This document shows, one piece after another, positions 23,524-37,300 of a stretch of 37,857 nt of DNA. This DNA is from Octopus bimaculoides (lineage: Eukaryota). Every line of letters starts with the position of its first letter. The first letter of the stretch is position 1. A program made the position numbers and the translations under genes. The stretch covers positions 159,732,582 through 159,770,438 of the forward strand of contig NC_068982.1 of assembly GCF_001194135.2 (NCBI RefSeq). The letters run 5' to 3'. The notes beneath the pieces are model-generated. The model searched no databases. It saw only the letters and a list, made by a program, of their open reading frames with translations, and was not told where the DNA came from.

Positions 23524-25135
23524 GGTGGGAGTGGAGGTGTTGGGGTAGGGTTGGGTATGTGGGCGTGGGTTGTGTGGGAGTGGAGGGTGGTCGGAAGTGG
23601 GATCAATAAACAGAGAAAGTGGGTAGGAGTGAAGAGAGGAAGTAGCGGACAAGTGAAGAAAGGAGAAGAGGAGAGTCAGATGAAGAGAGAAAAGGAGTTG
23701 AAACCTTGTGGTACAAAGGAGCGAAGAGAGAAAATTAACTCCTGATCATGGTGAATGTGGGAATCCTGATGGCCCCTGTGCAAAGAAAATCCGAATAGAG
23801 ACAGGTGCTGTAGTCAATGACCAGTAGAGCGGAAATGGTGTGAGACAGGAGTGTCGTTGCTGAGTTTAATGCCTTGAAGGTGCTCCGCAAATCGGTTAAC
23901 CACGAGGCATCACATTTGGACCGATGTACAGAGAAGGACAGAAAGAGCGGGAGATGCAGTGAATGACGTTGCTGCAATTGCAAGTAAAGAAGTCGGTGAT
24001 ATGATAGGGACGCTGATGTGTGCTTGTGACAATGATGTTGTTGGAGAGGTAGGGGCAAGTGCGGTAGGGTGGGCGTGATCAGCGTAACGAGCCAGACTAG
24101 GAGGTGGGGTTAGGGAAGAAACTGTGGACCAGCAGGTCACGCAGGTGGTGGACTCGATTGAAGGAAGGAAGGGGTAGGTTGGGAAATAAGTAGGAGGTGG
24201 AGGGGTCGGACTGGAGTCGCCGGAAGGCACGGAGAAAAGTGCTTTGGAGGGACAGGTTAAAGGGGTGGTAGGTGAAGTGAAACGGGAGAGGGACAATGAC
24301 GGGTGCGGGGAGAGGGAGCAGAGCAAGGTCCGCGGAACGTGCTCTGGCAAGGGCTGTGTGGATAGTGGTGAGAGGATATCCAAGAAGGTTAAAAGGGCGA
24401 GCCATGAGTTGAAACTGAATCTCAAAGTCATGGTTGTCACTGCAGAGCCTGCACAGACGGAGGAATTGGGAGTAGGGGATGGAGAGCCTGGTGAGCGTAG
24501 GGTTGGAGGTGGAGAAGTTGAAGTAAGGGTGTGAGTTTGTGTGTTTGTAGTGGATGGAGGTAGTGAGAGCGGAGTGGTGTATTTTGACAGAAATGTCAAG
24601 AAATGCGACGGAAGTGTTGGAAATAGTGCAGGAGAATTCGAGGGCAGAGAAGAAGGATTAGACAAACGACAGAAAGGAGTCTAGTTGTTTGCGGGAGTGT
24701 GATGGCGCACCGATACAGTCATTAGTATAACGACCGTATAGTATGAGAGTGGGACCAGTCGTGAGAATATTTAGGCCTCAACATAGCCAACGTAGAGTTT
24801 CACATTGTTGGGAGCCATTCTCGGTCCCATGGCCACTCTCGGGACTTGTTGATAAAAATTTCCCGTGAATGAGAAGCAATTGTGGGAGAGAACAAATTCG
24901 GGTAGACGAAGAGGTGTAGAGGTGTCAGGTTAGGGGTTGGGCCAAAGGTCCAGGAAGTGTTTGAGTGCAAGAAGTTCTTCGTTATGTGCGATCAGCAAAC
25001 ATAGACTCCTGATACCAAGAGTGAAGAGAAGTTTAGAGGGACCAGGAGGGAAGGAGAACCAATTGAAGAGACGGGTTAGTTTCGTGGATGTGGGAGGGGA
25101 GGGAAGCCAATAGGTGTCAAGGATACGGTTGCGGT
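23524..25135 (-). mobile_element. Penelope-like retroelement, 5'-truncated RT plus GIY-YIG endonuclease pseudogene
   Basis: RT: NCFSFTGNFYQQVPRVAMGPRMAP, GRYTNDCIG (YIDD decayed), FLDISV, SIPYSQFLRLCRLCS. GIY-YIG: FTCNCSNVIHCI..SLYIG..NRFAEHL..VSHHF..QELIFSLRSFVPQGFN. Several stops and frameshifts; 3' end enters a gap. Confidence 0.95.
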
Positions 25136-26857
25136 ATACATATGCATATATATATGTATATATATATATATATATTGAAAAAAAAAGTCGTCAGAATTTT
25201 GGAATAACTTCTTTCATTTATTTTATACATATATTAGCGCTTTCGTTCGTCTTTCGAACTTGTCAAATATAACTGTGAAAATACAGAGATCTAGCTTATT
25301 TATATAAANNNNNNNNNNNNNNNNNNNNNNNNNNNNNNNNNNNNNNNNNNNNNNNNNNNNNNNNNNNNNNNNNNNNNNNNNNNNNNNNNNNNNNNNNNNN
25401 NNNNNNNNNNNNNNNNNNNNNNNNNNNNNNNNNNNNNNNNNNNNNNNNNNNNNNNNNNNNNNNNNNNNNNNNNNNNNNNNNNNNNNNNNNNNNNNNNNNN
25501 NNNNNNNNNNNNNNNNNNNNNNNNNNNNNNNNNNNNNNNNNNNNNNNNNNNNNNNNNNNNNNNNNNNNNNNNNNNNNNNNNNNNNNNNNNNNNNNNNNNN
25601 NNNNNNNNNNNNNNNNNNNNNNNNNNNNNNNNNNNNNNNNNNNNNNNNNNNNNNNNNNNNNNNNNNNNNNNNNNNNNNNNNNNNNNNNNNNNNNNNNNNN
25701 NNNNNNNNNNNNNNNNNNNNNNNNNNNNNNNNNNNNNNNNNNNNNNNTATATATACACACACACACATGTATACATATATATCTATGTATTTACATATAT
25801 ATATATATACACACACATATATGTATATGCATACATATTTGTAGATTTGTAAATATGTGTATTTATATATCATCTAAATGATATCATTATCTATCATTCT
25901 ATATTTTGAAATTATGACATTATTTTCACATAGCATTCAGCTCTCAATAACTGCATAAATGCTATAACTTTCAAAGTTAGATTTTATGTCTTGATACCCA
26001 TCTACTTGAGACTAAAATTATTTAGGTTATTAATATTTTATCTATACGATCTGAATGATACTATTATACATAAATGATGCTTTTTTCCATTAAAATTCAG
26101 TAATCAATTTACTTCCTTATTGATTCACTATCGTAGAAGATACTGCAAAATTCTTTATTTGGTTGTATATTCATTTATATATTTCGTCATTTTCCATCTG
26201 AACTTTACTGATAGTACCAATGCCAGTTTGGTAGAATTCACATGGGTGTGGTGACAATACTCTTAGAAAGAAGACTCGAACAAATGTTTTGGACCTTTTG
26301 GCTCTCAGACTATCATTCTTTCGTCTTTGACAAATAAAAACATGTCACTCGGTATTCAAGAACAAACTAAGCTTGATGTCACTTGATGTGTCATGCACAC
26401 GAGAAGAATAAATCATTCATATGTTTTTAAACATGATGTTTGAATTATATCTCGCTAGTTGTTTCCTTTATTCTTTCCGTTTAACAATTGTAAAACTGTA
26501 TGATTTTACACTAATTCGTTAAACTCAGATGCCTAAGGACGTTCAATTCACTTTATTACGTATGTGAAGACCTATTGATTCTGGATTTACTATGGAGAAA
26601 TCATCTGTGCTTTTAACTCAACCATATTGGTAAATACAACTCAACACTCTGAAAGTAGAAATGTGGAGTACATATACAGTACAAATCATTTATAATTCGA
26701 GGTAGAGTTGTTTCAAAATATCCTCTGCTATGAGAATTCTATGATGAATTATACTCTCAACACATATATAATTAATCACATGTTGTTTTGATTAGTGATT
26801 TACATTTAATTGGGAAGTGGACAAATCAATGTGTATTTCATTAATATTTTATTGCAG

Positions 26858-27165
26858 ATACTGAAATACTGGGAGTATTTCCAACTATCAACTTTCTTAA
26901 GAACAATTGTACAGTTTTACTAGCTTGCTGTTTTGAACTTAATTTCATGAATGTAGAAACATGTTCAGACTTCGACTGGCTTTCGATCATTACATCGGAT
27001 GCTTTACATTCTCCAGAGGAAGAAAGATTCATTTATAGCCACACAGTTACTGAAGTCTCCCTGAAATCACGTCCCGCTTATTCTGAGAAAAAGGATTCCA
27101 ATTCGTTAAATAGTCGACTATACCTAGAGAGTGTAAAAGGCAAGAGAGTCAGGTCTAGAATATAG
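26858..27165 (+). CDS. Possible exon/ORF, unidentified
   Basis: Acceptor atattttattgcag followed by ~102 open codons (DTEILGVFPTINFL...MNVETCSDFDWLSIITSD...). No convincing donor, no homology, and the strand conflicts with the other candidates. Confidence 0.2.
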
Positions 27166-27364
27166 ATAATAACTCTTTTATTTGCTTTTACAGAAATTAG
27201 TAATTATGGAAACGGTGTGCAAGGAGAAAATTGAGCTGAGTGACTCTTGCTCTGTCTCTTACCCTGTACTTCTCTTTCTCTCTCGCTATATCTTTCTATC
27301 TCTATTTTTCTTTATATATGTCTTTCTCTATCTCTATTTGTCCCTTTTTCTCTCTTTCTCTCTT

Positions 27365-27371
<7 letters not shown>

Positions 27372-27456
<85 letters not shown>
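27372..27456. repeat. (CT)n microsatellite
   Basis: Direct reading. Confidence 0.97.
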
Positions 27457-28992
27457 CCCTATCGCGCGCACTTAAGCATATCTGCATACCGATACCGAAT
27501 TGTTTATATACACGTAGAGATGCTTGAAAGCGTACATATATGCATGCTTGTGTGTAAATGGATCTTGGTGAAATGTTGATCTGATATGTTTTTTAATATC
27601 ATTAAACATAAATAAGCTTCCATAGCAATATATTTTCATTCATCATTCCATTTTCCATATGCTTTTCATTTTTCATCTATTTCATTGTTTCCCTTCATCC
27701 ATAATCTTCAATTTCCGTTTTCTTTCTCCTATATATCAATCATATTCCAACATTTTCCATATAAATATTATGAAATCAGGAAAAAATTTTAAACAGATAC
27801 CTATCGCTCGATATTACTGCCTCATCATTTCAACGCTGACAACTAAGTCTCAAAATTTTCGCATTAATATTGTTTCTATTTTTCTTCATCCATCCTCCAT
27901 TAATCATTACCATATTGCGCACTCACAACACCTCCGATAATTCTTAACCTCCTCCATTCTTGTTCACTTTTTCTATTCTTTCAACTGATCCTTATTACCA
28001 ACTCTCTTGATACTTCTGACTCCTACGTGATTCAATCGTATTTTTCTATTGACGTATTATAATTTTAATTTTCCCAGAGTAATATTCTTGTCATATAAAA
28101 AAAAATGTTCTTGTGTGCCGGCACTTTGAAGAGATATGGACACATTTATTTCTCTTTATAGTTATGTAATGCTTAATATGTGACTATATGCACTTCAGTA
28201 TATTGTTATATATTTATGGATAAACGAATACACTGCAACAGTGTAATAACAACATAATCGAAACAAACGGCAGTAGCCACACGTAACCTAACAACATTCT
28301 TTTCAGAACCAACAGTCCAACACGTTAACTCTAACCGTAAATTTTGAACTTCAGCTTTGAACTATCAACACACTAGCTGTGGAAATGGCACGATGATTTT
28401 ATTCAAACCACAAGGGTTAAACAAAGAGGGGACAATGCACGGGACGAAGAGGGGTCGGGGACTTATCGAATGAGATTACATATATGAATAAATACAATAT
28501 AATTTCGGATGAAGCTGAAAGAATGAATGGACGCGGAACGGGCTTGACCCCACCAACCACAAACCCTCATTGACCCATTTACCTCGTCCTTTTATGTTTT
28601 TACTCCGTTTAATTAGGCACTTACAAACCCAACATCCGGGTGACTTTCTTCCATCCTTTTTCGTACTTTTTTGTCGTCAGGNNNNNNNNNNNNNNNNNNN
28701 NNNNNNNNNNNNNNNNNNNNNNNNNNNNNNNNNNNNNNNNNNNNNNNNNNNNNNNNNNNNNNNNNNNNNNNNNNNNNNNNNNNNNNNNNNNNNNNNNNNN
28801 NNNNNNNNNNNNNNNNNNNNNNNNNNNNNNNNNNNNNNNNNNNNNNNNNNNNNNNNNNNNNNNNNNNNNNNNNNNNNNNNNNNNNNNNNNNNNNNNNNNN
28901 NNNNNNNNNNNNNNNNNNNNNNNNNNNNNNNNNNNNNNNNNNNNNNNNNNNNNNNNNNNNNNNNNNNNNNNNNNNNNNNNNNNNNNNNNNNN

Positions 28993-29027
<35 letters not shown>

Positions 29028-30399
29028 TATATAAAATATAGAATATAGTATAAGTTAATAAAATACTTCAATGAACAGCTTTCTCTTTAGCCTCATTAAA
29101 CTATTTTGTAATTTGTACATCATTCCACAGGCGCAATACACTAAGTGACACAATACAATAGCTATTCACTGTTGAAAATTTGGGCAAGATTGAAAATATT
29201 CATATCGCATAAGTCTGGCTTCTGGTAAAAATATAGTGAATGGATATTAGTAAACTGACACTCAGTACGTGTGTAGATGATGAACAAAATCTTTTGCAGG
29301 GCAAATCTCCTTTCCATGATTCTATTTTCAGATGGATTTAATTGAACTATATTTATTAAATTATATCTTAATTGATTTAATTAGAGTACTTTTGCATGTC
29401 TTATCACTTTCCATTTTATTTTTCTGTTTCCATTCAGCAACCAGAATATCAGTATTCTCTTAAACTTTCTTAGTGATGCCATGAATTGATTAAAAGAATT
29501 TTGGCCGCTAACCAAATTATTGAAAATGATAACAGGGCAAGTTTTGACGGATTAGTAAGAATGTGGAGCCTAAATTACAATTAAATCTAAACATAGATCG
29601 CCAAACGTTTTATTTCAATTATAATTAGGTTTGTAATTGCAATCGTTTGAGAACTTTTATGAGATTTCATAATATAATTAATAGAGAGTTGGGATGTATG
29701 TCTTTTGTTCATTTCTTTTCCATATATTATTTGCAATGTATTGACATTTAAGCACATAATATCTTTACTGAACATTTTATAACATAATCAGAAATGAAAT
29801 TTTCTCTGCAAGGTAATCTCAATTCGTTCAATATTTAATCAGTATTATTAGTGTTGTTATCGCAGAGATTAAAATATCAAGTAGTGTAGTTTCTCTAGTT
29901 TCGGTAAATCTATTAAGGGCGACGCACTTCACTTTTCATTAATTGATATGTGCAGAAAGGAATTCAAATGGAGACAATAATAGTAATTTGAAAATTGTCA
30001 CACATACTTTAGTTTCGTCCTTTAATATTCTCTCTACAAAATCCACTAATTCTAACTCGATTTTCATGGTTCCTAGCTTAATAAAACCATCAATTGATCC
30101 ACTGGAAATCATACTCATATTTGATTCAAATTACACCGTACCATTTTAAAGCATTACCGATTACAGTGATATGTATGCGTGAAACAAATAAGGAATAAGC
30201 TCATCATTAGCAGCGCATATGATCACTTGACTGTTTGACGTGAGCTGACACGGATCTAAATAATATCGACAATAACATAAATAGCAACCAGTTACTGAGG
30301 TTTGATTCAATAGTTTAAGACGCTCGTTTTCAAAATTAGGCTTTAGAAAAAAATACTATTTCGTATATGTTTCATTCTAGTCATAGAAGAGTTAAATAG

Positions 30400-30540
30400 T
30401 AAAAGGTAAAAACCGTGTAGTATTTGATCTAGCTCTATACGTTCTGCGTTAAATTTCACTGAGCGCAAGTGATCCTTTCATCCCTAAAAGTTGAATTCAA
30501 GTAGTCATCACTTACTGGCACGGTTTACGTGACTGTCGAT
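30400..30540 (+). mobile_element. Very degenerate SINE
   Basis: TATACGTTCTGCGTTAAATTTCACTGAG..CCTTTCATCCC resembles the SINE core at ~9995-10050. Confidence 0.4.
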
Positions 30541-32262
30541 ATATGACTGCATGCAGTGTTAGAGTAGAACTCAGTAATAGTATTACCACAGGGGTCAAAG
30601 TATCATATGTCACAAAATATATTCTTATATTTTGCTAAAAATAAACCCTCGTAAATATTATTAACTCATTTATTTACGCATTGTTTTCACCTCATTCCCT
30701 CCATCACCAGACAAAAGATTTACACAAAAGAAAAATATTTTCGTGCATTTTTAGAGGAGCAGAATAGATCCTATGAATGCATCGAAATATATATAAGAAT
30801 TACTTGCGAAAATAATTGATATCTCAAAGTTTTATATCCCCATCGCATCTATCCAAATTAGAATCTGAAGGATAATTCTTTATGCTGTTAGGCTAATGAA
30901 TGTATTTTGTACTACGTTAATAAAAAAGGGCAGACGTAAGAACTCTTGTCCCCTTGATAGTAAGTTTCTATCACAACACATTATAAATCCAAGACTGCAA
31001 CATTAGTGTGGTATTTTACGAAAAGCATGATATAAACTTTAATGTCTGACACACCATAAGAAAGCATAGAAGAGTCGTGCACTGGCTTCTAAAATAAACA
31101 CAAACTGTTCAGTAGAACAAACAGACATTCTTAATGTTTTAAGTGATAGTGAATGAAATAGCTTGGTAATCAACCGTATGTTGTGTTTTGCTGTCATAAT
31201 TAGGTTTCGCGTTTGTAATAAACGCTGTGTATATGTATTAACCCAGCACTAAAGTATGTCAAAAGCCTGTCCTTTGCAAATAACAAGGAAGGATGTATTT
31301 ATCGGTTCTCATGAAGAATCTTCCAAGTATCTGGGTCTCCAATATCTGGGACTCCATAATGAAAGGTATTGATACATGTCTGCTCTAAAACTCAAATCTA
31401 TTGCAATTAATTTCCTATTGACCAGCGTATCCCCTAAAATAGTTTAACTTTTGCAAAAGTGGCGTTTCCTTTGTTCGTATTCATTTCTTGAGAAAATAAA
31501 AGTGTAATATCCTTTGGAACATATTATGTAGCTTTCATGCTTAGCTGCAACCATCTTATGAATATATGAACAAAAGCTTTACTAGGAGACAAAATTATTG
31601 ACATAGTGACGAAAGAATACAGCGTATTGCACAACGTTTACATCGTCATAATTAAAATACTATTTTCGGGACCATTATGTGTGAATGCTCGAAGAATTCA
31701 ATTAACATGGGAATGAAAATTTAATTATAGGTACGGGCTAATTTTGCAGTATTCAATGGAATATATAAATAGGATTTTTCTGTGCTAACTGTAACTGATA
31801 TTATTTAGAAAGTATGACAAATGATAGTTTGTAGTATATACGTCTAGTGTAATGTTTCTTCGAATATGATCAAGCAAAATACTGTTTACAACTATGTTAT
31901 ACTTTATTAAATGCAGGTAAATAAATGTCATATATTACAGAATATGTTCATGACATATATGGTCATTCCTAGATATCTGGAGTTGAAACACAAACGTAAT
32001 TAATATCATTTTAAACGGAAAAATCAACGTGTTTTGTATTATTGATGTATGTGTAACTTTATTCTATTGCCACTCTACCACTCAAAAGACAATAAATACA
32101 CTGTAAAATCTGTACATAAAATCATGTTTAATACTAACGACATATCCTCTAACTCGTTTGTATATTGGTCAATATTTGCAAATATCTTATGGTATTGAAT
32201 GCTCGGTTAACAGAGCTTTCTACTTTCATTAAGTTGCTCGCTTGGTTTTGATAAATATTTAC

Positions 32263-32441
32263 CATATATTTTTCAATGCCTCTGAATAATTGAGCCACTC
32301 GCGAAAAATTTAATAAAGGAAAACAACCATGATCGAAAAAATGAAGGACGGTCATATTTGTTGCGTGTTTAAAACAACTTGCCATTAAAATTCTATGTTT
32401 TCTATGTAAAAGGTGACCACAAAAAGACAGATCCCACAAAT
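32263..32441 (-). CDS. Candidate internal exon of unidentified host gene
   Basis: Acceptor gttttattcaaag, donor ATG|gtaaat, open DLWDLSFCGHLLHRKHRILMASCFKHATNMTVLHFFDHGCFPLLNFSRVAQLFRGIEKYM inside ORF 32149-32439. Confidence 0.4.
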
Positions 32442-32464
32442 CTTTGAATAAAACTGCTAATTTT

Positions 32465-33330
32465 AGTTTTTCATCTTTTCTTCTTCAGCCTATACAAGTC
32501 GACGTTTTGCATGAAAGGTTGGAACAATAGTCTACCCCAAGATGTCTTGGTCAACCAAAGAAAAGACACTTTACCTGGAGGCCTATTTTGCCAACAAATC
32601 ATACACTGCAGTGCAAGCAAATATTCAGAGACAGTTTATTGGCGAACGTCCGCACCGGAGGAAGTGTTTCAGAGGTCGTTACACTCAACAAAATGCACAG
32701 CATGGGTAGCAATCTCTAAACATGGCATCATCAGCCCATATTGGTTCGAAGGCCAACATAAGAGAGCTCAAACGGTGAATAGAGAGCGCTATGTGGCAGT
32801 GCTGGGGAAGGTTTGGGCATTATTGGGACGACGCAGAGAAATAGATCACGATGAACAGTGGTTCCAGCAAGACAGGGCCACCTCCGTGCATCAAATAACT
32901 CCCTAATCTGCTGGAGAGAGCGATTTCAGGAGCGACTGATCAGCAGGAAGTGTGGAGATAAGTGGGAAACGCATTCAGCGGACTTGAACCCCTCAGATTT
33001 TTATCTTTGCTGGTATCTAAATTATAATGCTTACCAGAACGACCGTCAAACTATTGGTGAACTGAAGGCAGCAATCACAGCGGAAATCAGGGTAATCCCC
33101 ATAATTTTGCGCGACGTATGAAAACGTGCCTCGAAAGTCACGGAGGCCATTTGGTGCATATCTGGAAACTTATATGAGGTTTATGCACAGGAAATGATCG
33201 TACACAGACGGAAGTTTAAGTCCTGCAAAGTTCAAAAAATTTGCTGGAGCTTTGTACGATTTAATAAAATTTTTATGGGTTCTGGTTTTTATTTTGCTTT
33301 TTTTTGTGTGTGTCGTGGGGGCACCCTGTA
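32465..33330 (+). mobile_element. Tc1/mariner DD41D (rosa-like) transposon, internally deleted
   Basis: ATG 32542 gives MSWSTKEKTLYLEAYFANKSYTAVQ, then a deletion joins to ..LHSTKCTAWVAIS..WFQQD..SADLNPSDFYL. 41 residues between the last two Asp after correcting a 1-nt deletion. Right end ..GGGGCACCCTG+TA (33329-33330). Left TIR not seen. Confidence 0.88.
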
Positions 33331-34143
33331 CAATGTTCAGATGTTTTTAGCATCAGTTTTTGGTTTAATTGTTTCTAATACCAACAAATAGTTGTTGAAG
33401 AGAAACTTCAAAATATTTCTGCGAATCTTGGCTCGAAATGCGTCCTTCTGTAGATTCACATTAATTTCAGTTATGTAAAAGCTGAAATTGTGAAATGTAT
33501 TTCATTCACCTCACCAGCACAAGTACATTACATCTGCTCCAACATTGATTGTGCGAGTTACGATTCAACAGATTTTTACTTTTCATAGATATGAATACAG
33601 TTGGTAGCATTTACACAATTCTCTCCTTACTAATTTTTATTATATTTCACTGGGTTCTTGGTCTATCAAGTGAGTTTTAAATTTACTAGTAAGCTATATA
33701 GTTAGTTTTTCATAATAAGTCTAAAAGACTATTGATTTCATGAGATGGCATTAGGAGAAAGGATTTCAAATAGGGATTAATTATGTTGAACTTTACAACA
33801 GATGTTCTACAAAAGTTTGGTGCAGGAGAAAATCCAACAATATTCCAAAAAGAAACAATTAAAAGATGAAAGTCAAGTACTGAAACGTTACATTGCATTA
33901 AATATAAAAATAACCCAAGTCTTCGAGTGCGTATTTCATTACACCATTGTACATTGATGCTTCCTAGGTTTGAGATGAAGCTTAAAATGGAACTCCTCTT
34001 GGGATTATACGCTGCCACGATCTAATTAGAGGCAACTTACCGATAAACTTACTGGTCAGTCAAACAAAAGTTCACTGTTTCGATGTATATTTGCAGAAAG
34101 TAGAAGGTGCAGCTTCTTATGCTAATGCTTTTCTAAATAATAC

Positions 34144-34350
34144 CGTCTCGGCTAAATGAGATAAATGGAATCTTATTTTTGCTCTTTCTAAAGTTACTGA
34201 TGGCTTTGCAGCACCAAGAGCAAACAGGCTGTTATTACTTACTTTGAATAAGTAAAAAATATATTGTTCTTGAAAGAATCTAGGCATTAAACTAAAATAC
34301 AAATTGTTGATACCGGGAATTTCTGGAGGCACAGTATTGATGACACTATT
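34144..34350 (-). CDS. Candidate exon(s) of unidentified host gene; boundaries ambiguous
   Basis: Open NSVINTVPPEIPGINNLYFSLMPRFFQEQYIFYLFKVSNNSLFALGAAKPSVTLERAKIRFHLSHLAET. An internal GTAAGT after ..YLFK offers an alternative donor. Confidence 0.3.
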
Positions 34351-35729
34351 CTTCGTAGTGAAAAATAGACATCACTAAGAATTCACAGATAAAAAAATGA
34401 GTCTTAGTTTTTGCTAAAATGCAATTCTGCGGACGATATAAATTTACGTTTTTCAATTATGTACCACACACAAGAGTATAGACTTACAAGTGTCATTTCT
34501 AATTTAATCTTTCTATTTTTTTTTTTTTTTTTTTTTTTTGGCATTGACATAAGATGATTTACATGTCCATGAGTCTTGCTAATACAGATTTACAAGTTTC
34601 TTTATGAACAGCTACAGAAGTTTTATACTTTGAGGCCAAATATTTTCAGCTTTCTTTTACTGTTGAAGCCAAAGTAAACTTAAATAATTTCTATAATTAC
34701 ATGGGAGTGGACGATGTAGCACCATGTTCATGAATCCTTTCCGCCAGTCAAAGAATCGTGAAGTGATAATTCAATTACCGGCTTTCTATTTAAGAAGTTT
34801 GAAATAAATTCAGGCCTTCTGTGAAAGTCATCCAATTTCAAAATTATCGAAACAGATGCTGATATGAGGGATTCATTGTGGTGATGTAAAATTCTCAGTT
34901 ATGAGTAATGTTTGGCAAAACATTTACGCAAAGGCTAGTTTTGTGTTTACTGACATTACAACCTGAGAAATATCACACGACGTTCACCAAGATATTTTCA
35001 CATTGACCTATGACATTAGTTTCAAAGGATTCGTAGAAGATTATACGTATGTTTTGCAATATCCTATGATAAAAGATTGTCTTTCGATATGATACGATAC
35101 AAGAAGAGACACACATACGGCACTTCCATTGACAGCCCAATATATGGCAAATTGTAACACATATACAAAGTAGTGTCCAGTTAGAGGTGATACAGAAATG
35201 TTACAAGAGGAATTCATTACGAGTTCACGTATGAAACTCAGCTGAACAATAACATGCCGAGTTGCAAGTTTCGAAAACGTCTACTGGCTTACTCAATCCT
35301 GCTGTATAATATGATGTTGCGGATGTACAAGCAAAAGTCAGTGGTCAGCATTTATGCAACTTACTCCAGATGCACCGAACTTTTCGCGAAACATACGTAA
35401 TCGTTTTAACTTAGATGTTATTGCACGAAGGTATTATTTATTTCCGAATACATTTCCCTTGCAATGCTTCTATGTAAATGCATTGTATCGTTAATGCTTA
35501 AAAATTGACATTTTTTATTCATTAAATTTCAAACACGAAAATTATCAGATGTTACTCACTGTAAGTATGCATAACATGGGTAATTTAAGGCATCATCTAT
35601 CAGAGGGACATGGAATGATCGCAAACGATAAGCGAAGAAGGATGAAGGATAACCACAGTTTACTGCCTATTTTCGTCGTATTATTTAAGATTAGTAAAAA
35701 TTTACTTGAAGAATTATAGTAGTGTCTTA

Positions 35730-35905
35730 AGTAGGAGATGAAGCTATCCGCAAATACGCCCAACATTTCCTTTGGATACTGTGAAAGAAAGCTGAGAGAG
35801 CTTGGGCCAGGTCTTAACCCTGGGTTTGAGGGTTGTTGCCTGACTTTGGGAATCATCAACAAACGGTGGGTGCAGGGACGCGCTGTTCCAGCGCATTAGG
35901 CCATA
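35730..35905 (+). mobile_element. Probable LINE/SINE 3' end with terminal stem-loop and (ACT)n tail
   Basis: GC-richer segment ending in the hairpin GCGCTG-TTC-CAGCGC (35880-35894), 9 nt before (TAC)n. Confidence 0.45.
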
Positions 35906-35918
35906 CTACTACTACTCT

Positions 35919-35959
<41 letters not shown>

Positions 35960-36095
35960 ATACTAATACTACTACGAGCAAAAGTAGTAGTAGTAGTAGT
36001 AATGTTGCTGCTGCTGCTGCTATTACTACTGCTGCTGCTGCTGTTATTACTACTGCTGCTGCTGTTGTTACTAAAACAACTACTACTAATAGAAA
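35904..36095. repeat. Compound trinucleotide repeat (ACT)n-(TAG)n-(GCT)n
   Basis: Direct reading. Explains ORF 35833-36138. Confidence 0.95.
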
Positions 36096-36196
36096 TACTA
36101 TTACACTAAGAACAGGTAAAAATTTAGCGAGATATTGAGTAAACTACAATTGTGCGTGTATGCGTGTTCACACACATGTATATGTGTGTATATATA

Positions 36197-36259
<63 letters not shown>

Positions 36260-36819
36260 GTACNNNNNNNNNNATATATATATATATATGTATATAGATA
36301 TATTGGATCTTAACGAACACAGATATTAGACATAATTTGAACAAATAATATCTTAATTCCATAAGGACTAAATGACGAACATGGTGATTATGCGAAGTCA
36401 TTTTTCATAGCAAAGCAATTAAGTATATGGACATATAATAAAGAATCATTGAATTCAATTTCTAGTTGTCTAGATTGTAAGCCGTATATTATTGTTTCAG
36501 CGAACAAAGTTTGCACGTATCATAAACATGGCAGTTATATAGATTAAACTTATTATCCTGAGTCACATTAGTGTCCTTCTGAAAAGCATAATGCGTGCAG
36601 CTAATCAAGCACAATCACGCATTTTTATGTATGAGTGTATGCACATACATGTGTGTATCTATAAATATATGTATGTATATATATATATATATACATATNN
36701 NNNNNNNNATGTATGTATGTATGTATGCATGTATGCATGTATGTATGTATGTATATTTACATACATATATACGTATATATTTATACATATATATAGATAT
36801 ATATGCAACAGTATTGTAG

Positions 36820-37300
36820 GGCCTGTTGGCACCGCCTGTGAGAAAATCAGCGCAATTCACTCTGCTAGAAATTTGGAAACACATGATGTACGAACATTTC
36901 AGAGTGTGTGGGTGTCAATCTGTGGACAATGCAGGGGACTCGGATATGCTGCATAATTTATTATAAAGGTACGGCAACTTGGAAAATTCACTCTGATCTT
37001 TCTGGTAGAGGAAACAACTCCTGAATTTGTTGGTGAGATACACGGCATGATTGACAACGATCCCTCCGGGTCAATTAGATCCATCTCCAGAGACATGGAG
37101 TGTTTGAGTTTCTTATCAGGCAGGTAGTAAATGAAGACATTCGGCCTTCCTCAGACAAGATGAGAAAGGACCAATTTTTATCCCAAGCCATGAAGGACAA
37201 GACGAAAGACCACGCTCCGAAGCTTTTTGAATAAGCTCAAGCATCCCCTCCAACCGAACATGCTTTCGATTTTCTCAGACGAGAAAGATTTCTGCCAGGA
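36820..37300 (+). mobile_element. Tc1/mariner DD37D (maT-like) transposase 5' fragment
   Basis: With two frameshifts: PEFVGEIHGMIDNDPSGSIRSISRDM..FLIRQVVNEDI..KMRKDQFLSQAMKDK..NKLKHPLQPNML.IFSDEKDFCQ. Ends just after the first catalytic Asp, so the clade call rests on recalled similarity. Confidence 0.8.

Noticed and set aside
28640-28681. CTGACGA...GTACGAAA on the minus strand next to a gap
   Set aside because: No proper stem II or III, and truncated by Ns.
1957-34253. Plus-strand protein-like frames interrupted mostly by single TGA codons (e.g. 2700-2960, 7700-8290, 29438-29555, 34097-34253), suggesting stop-codon rescue by A-to-I editing or selenocysteine
   Set aside because: TAA and TAG stops also occur, and several frames are antisense shadows of open minus frames. 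Such runs are expected by chance, and there is no homology or SECIS evidence.
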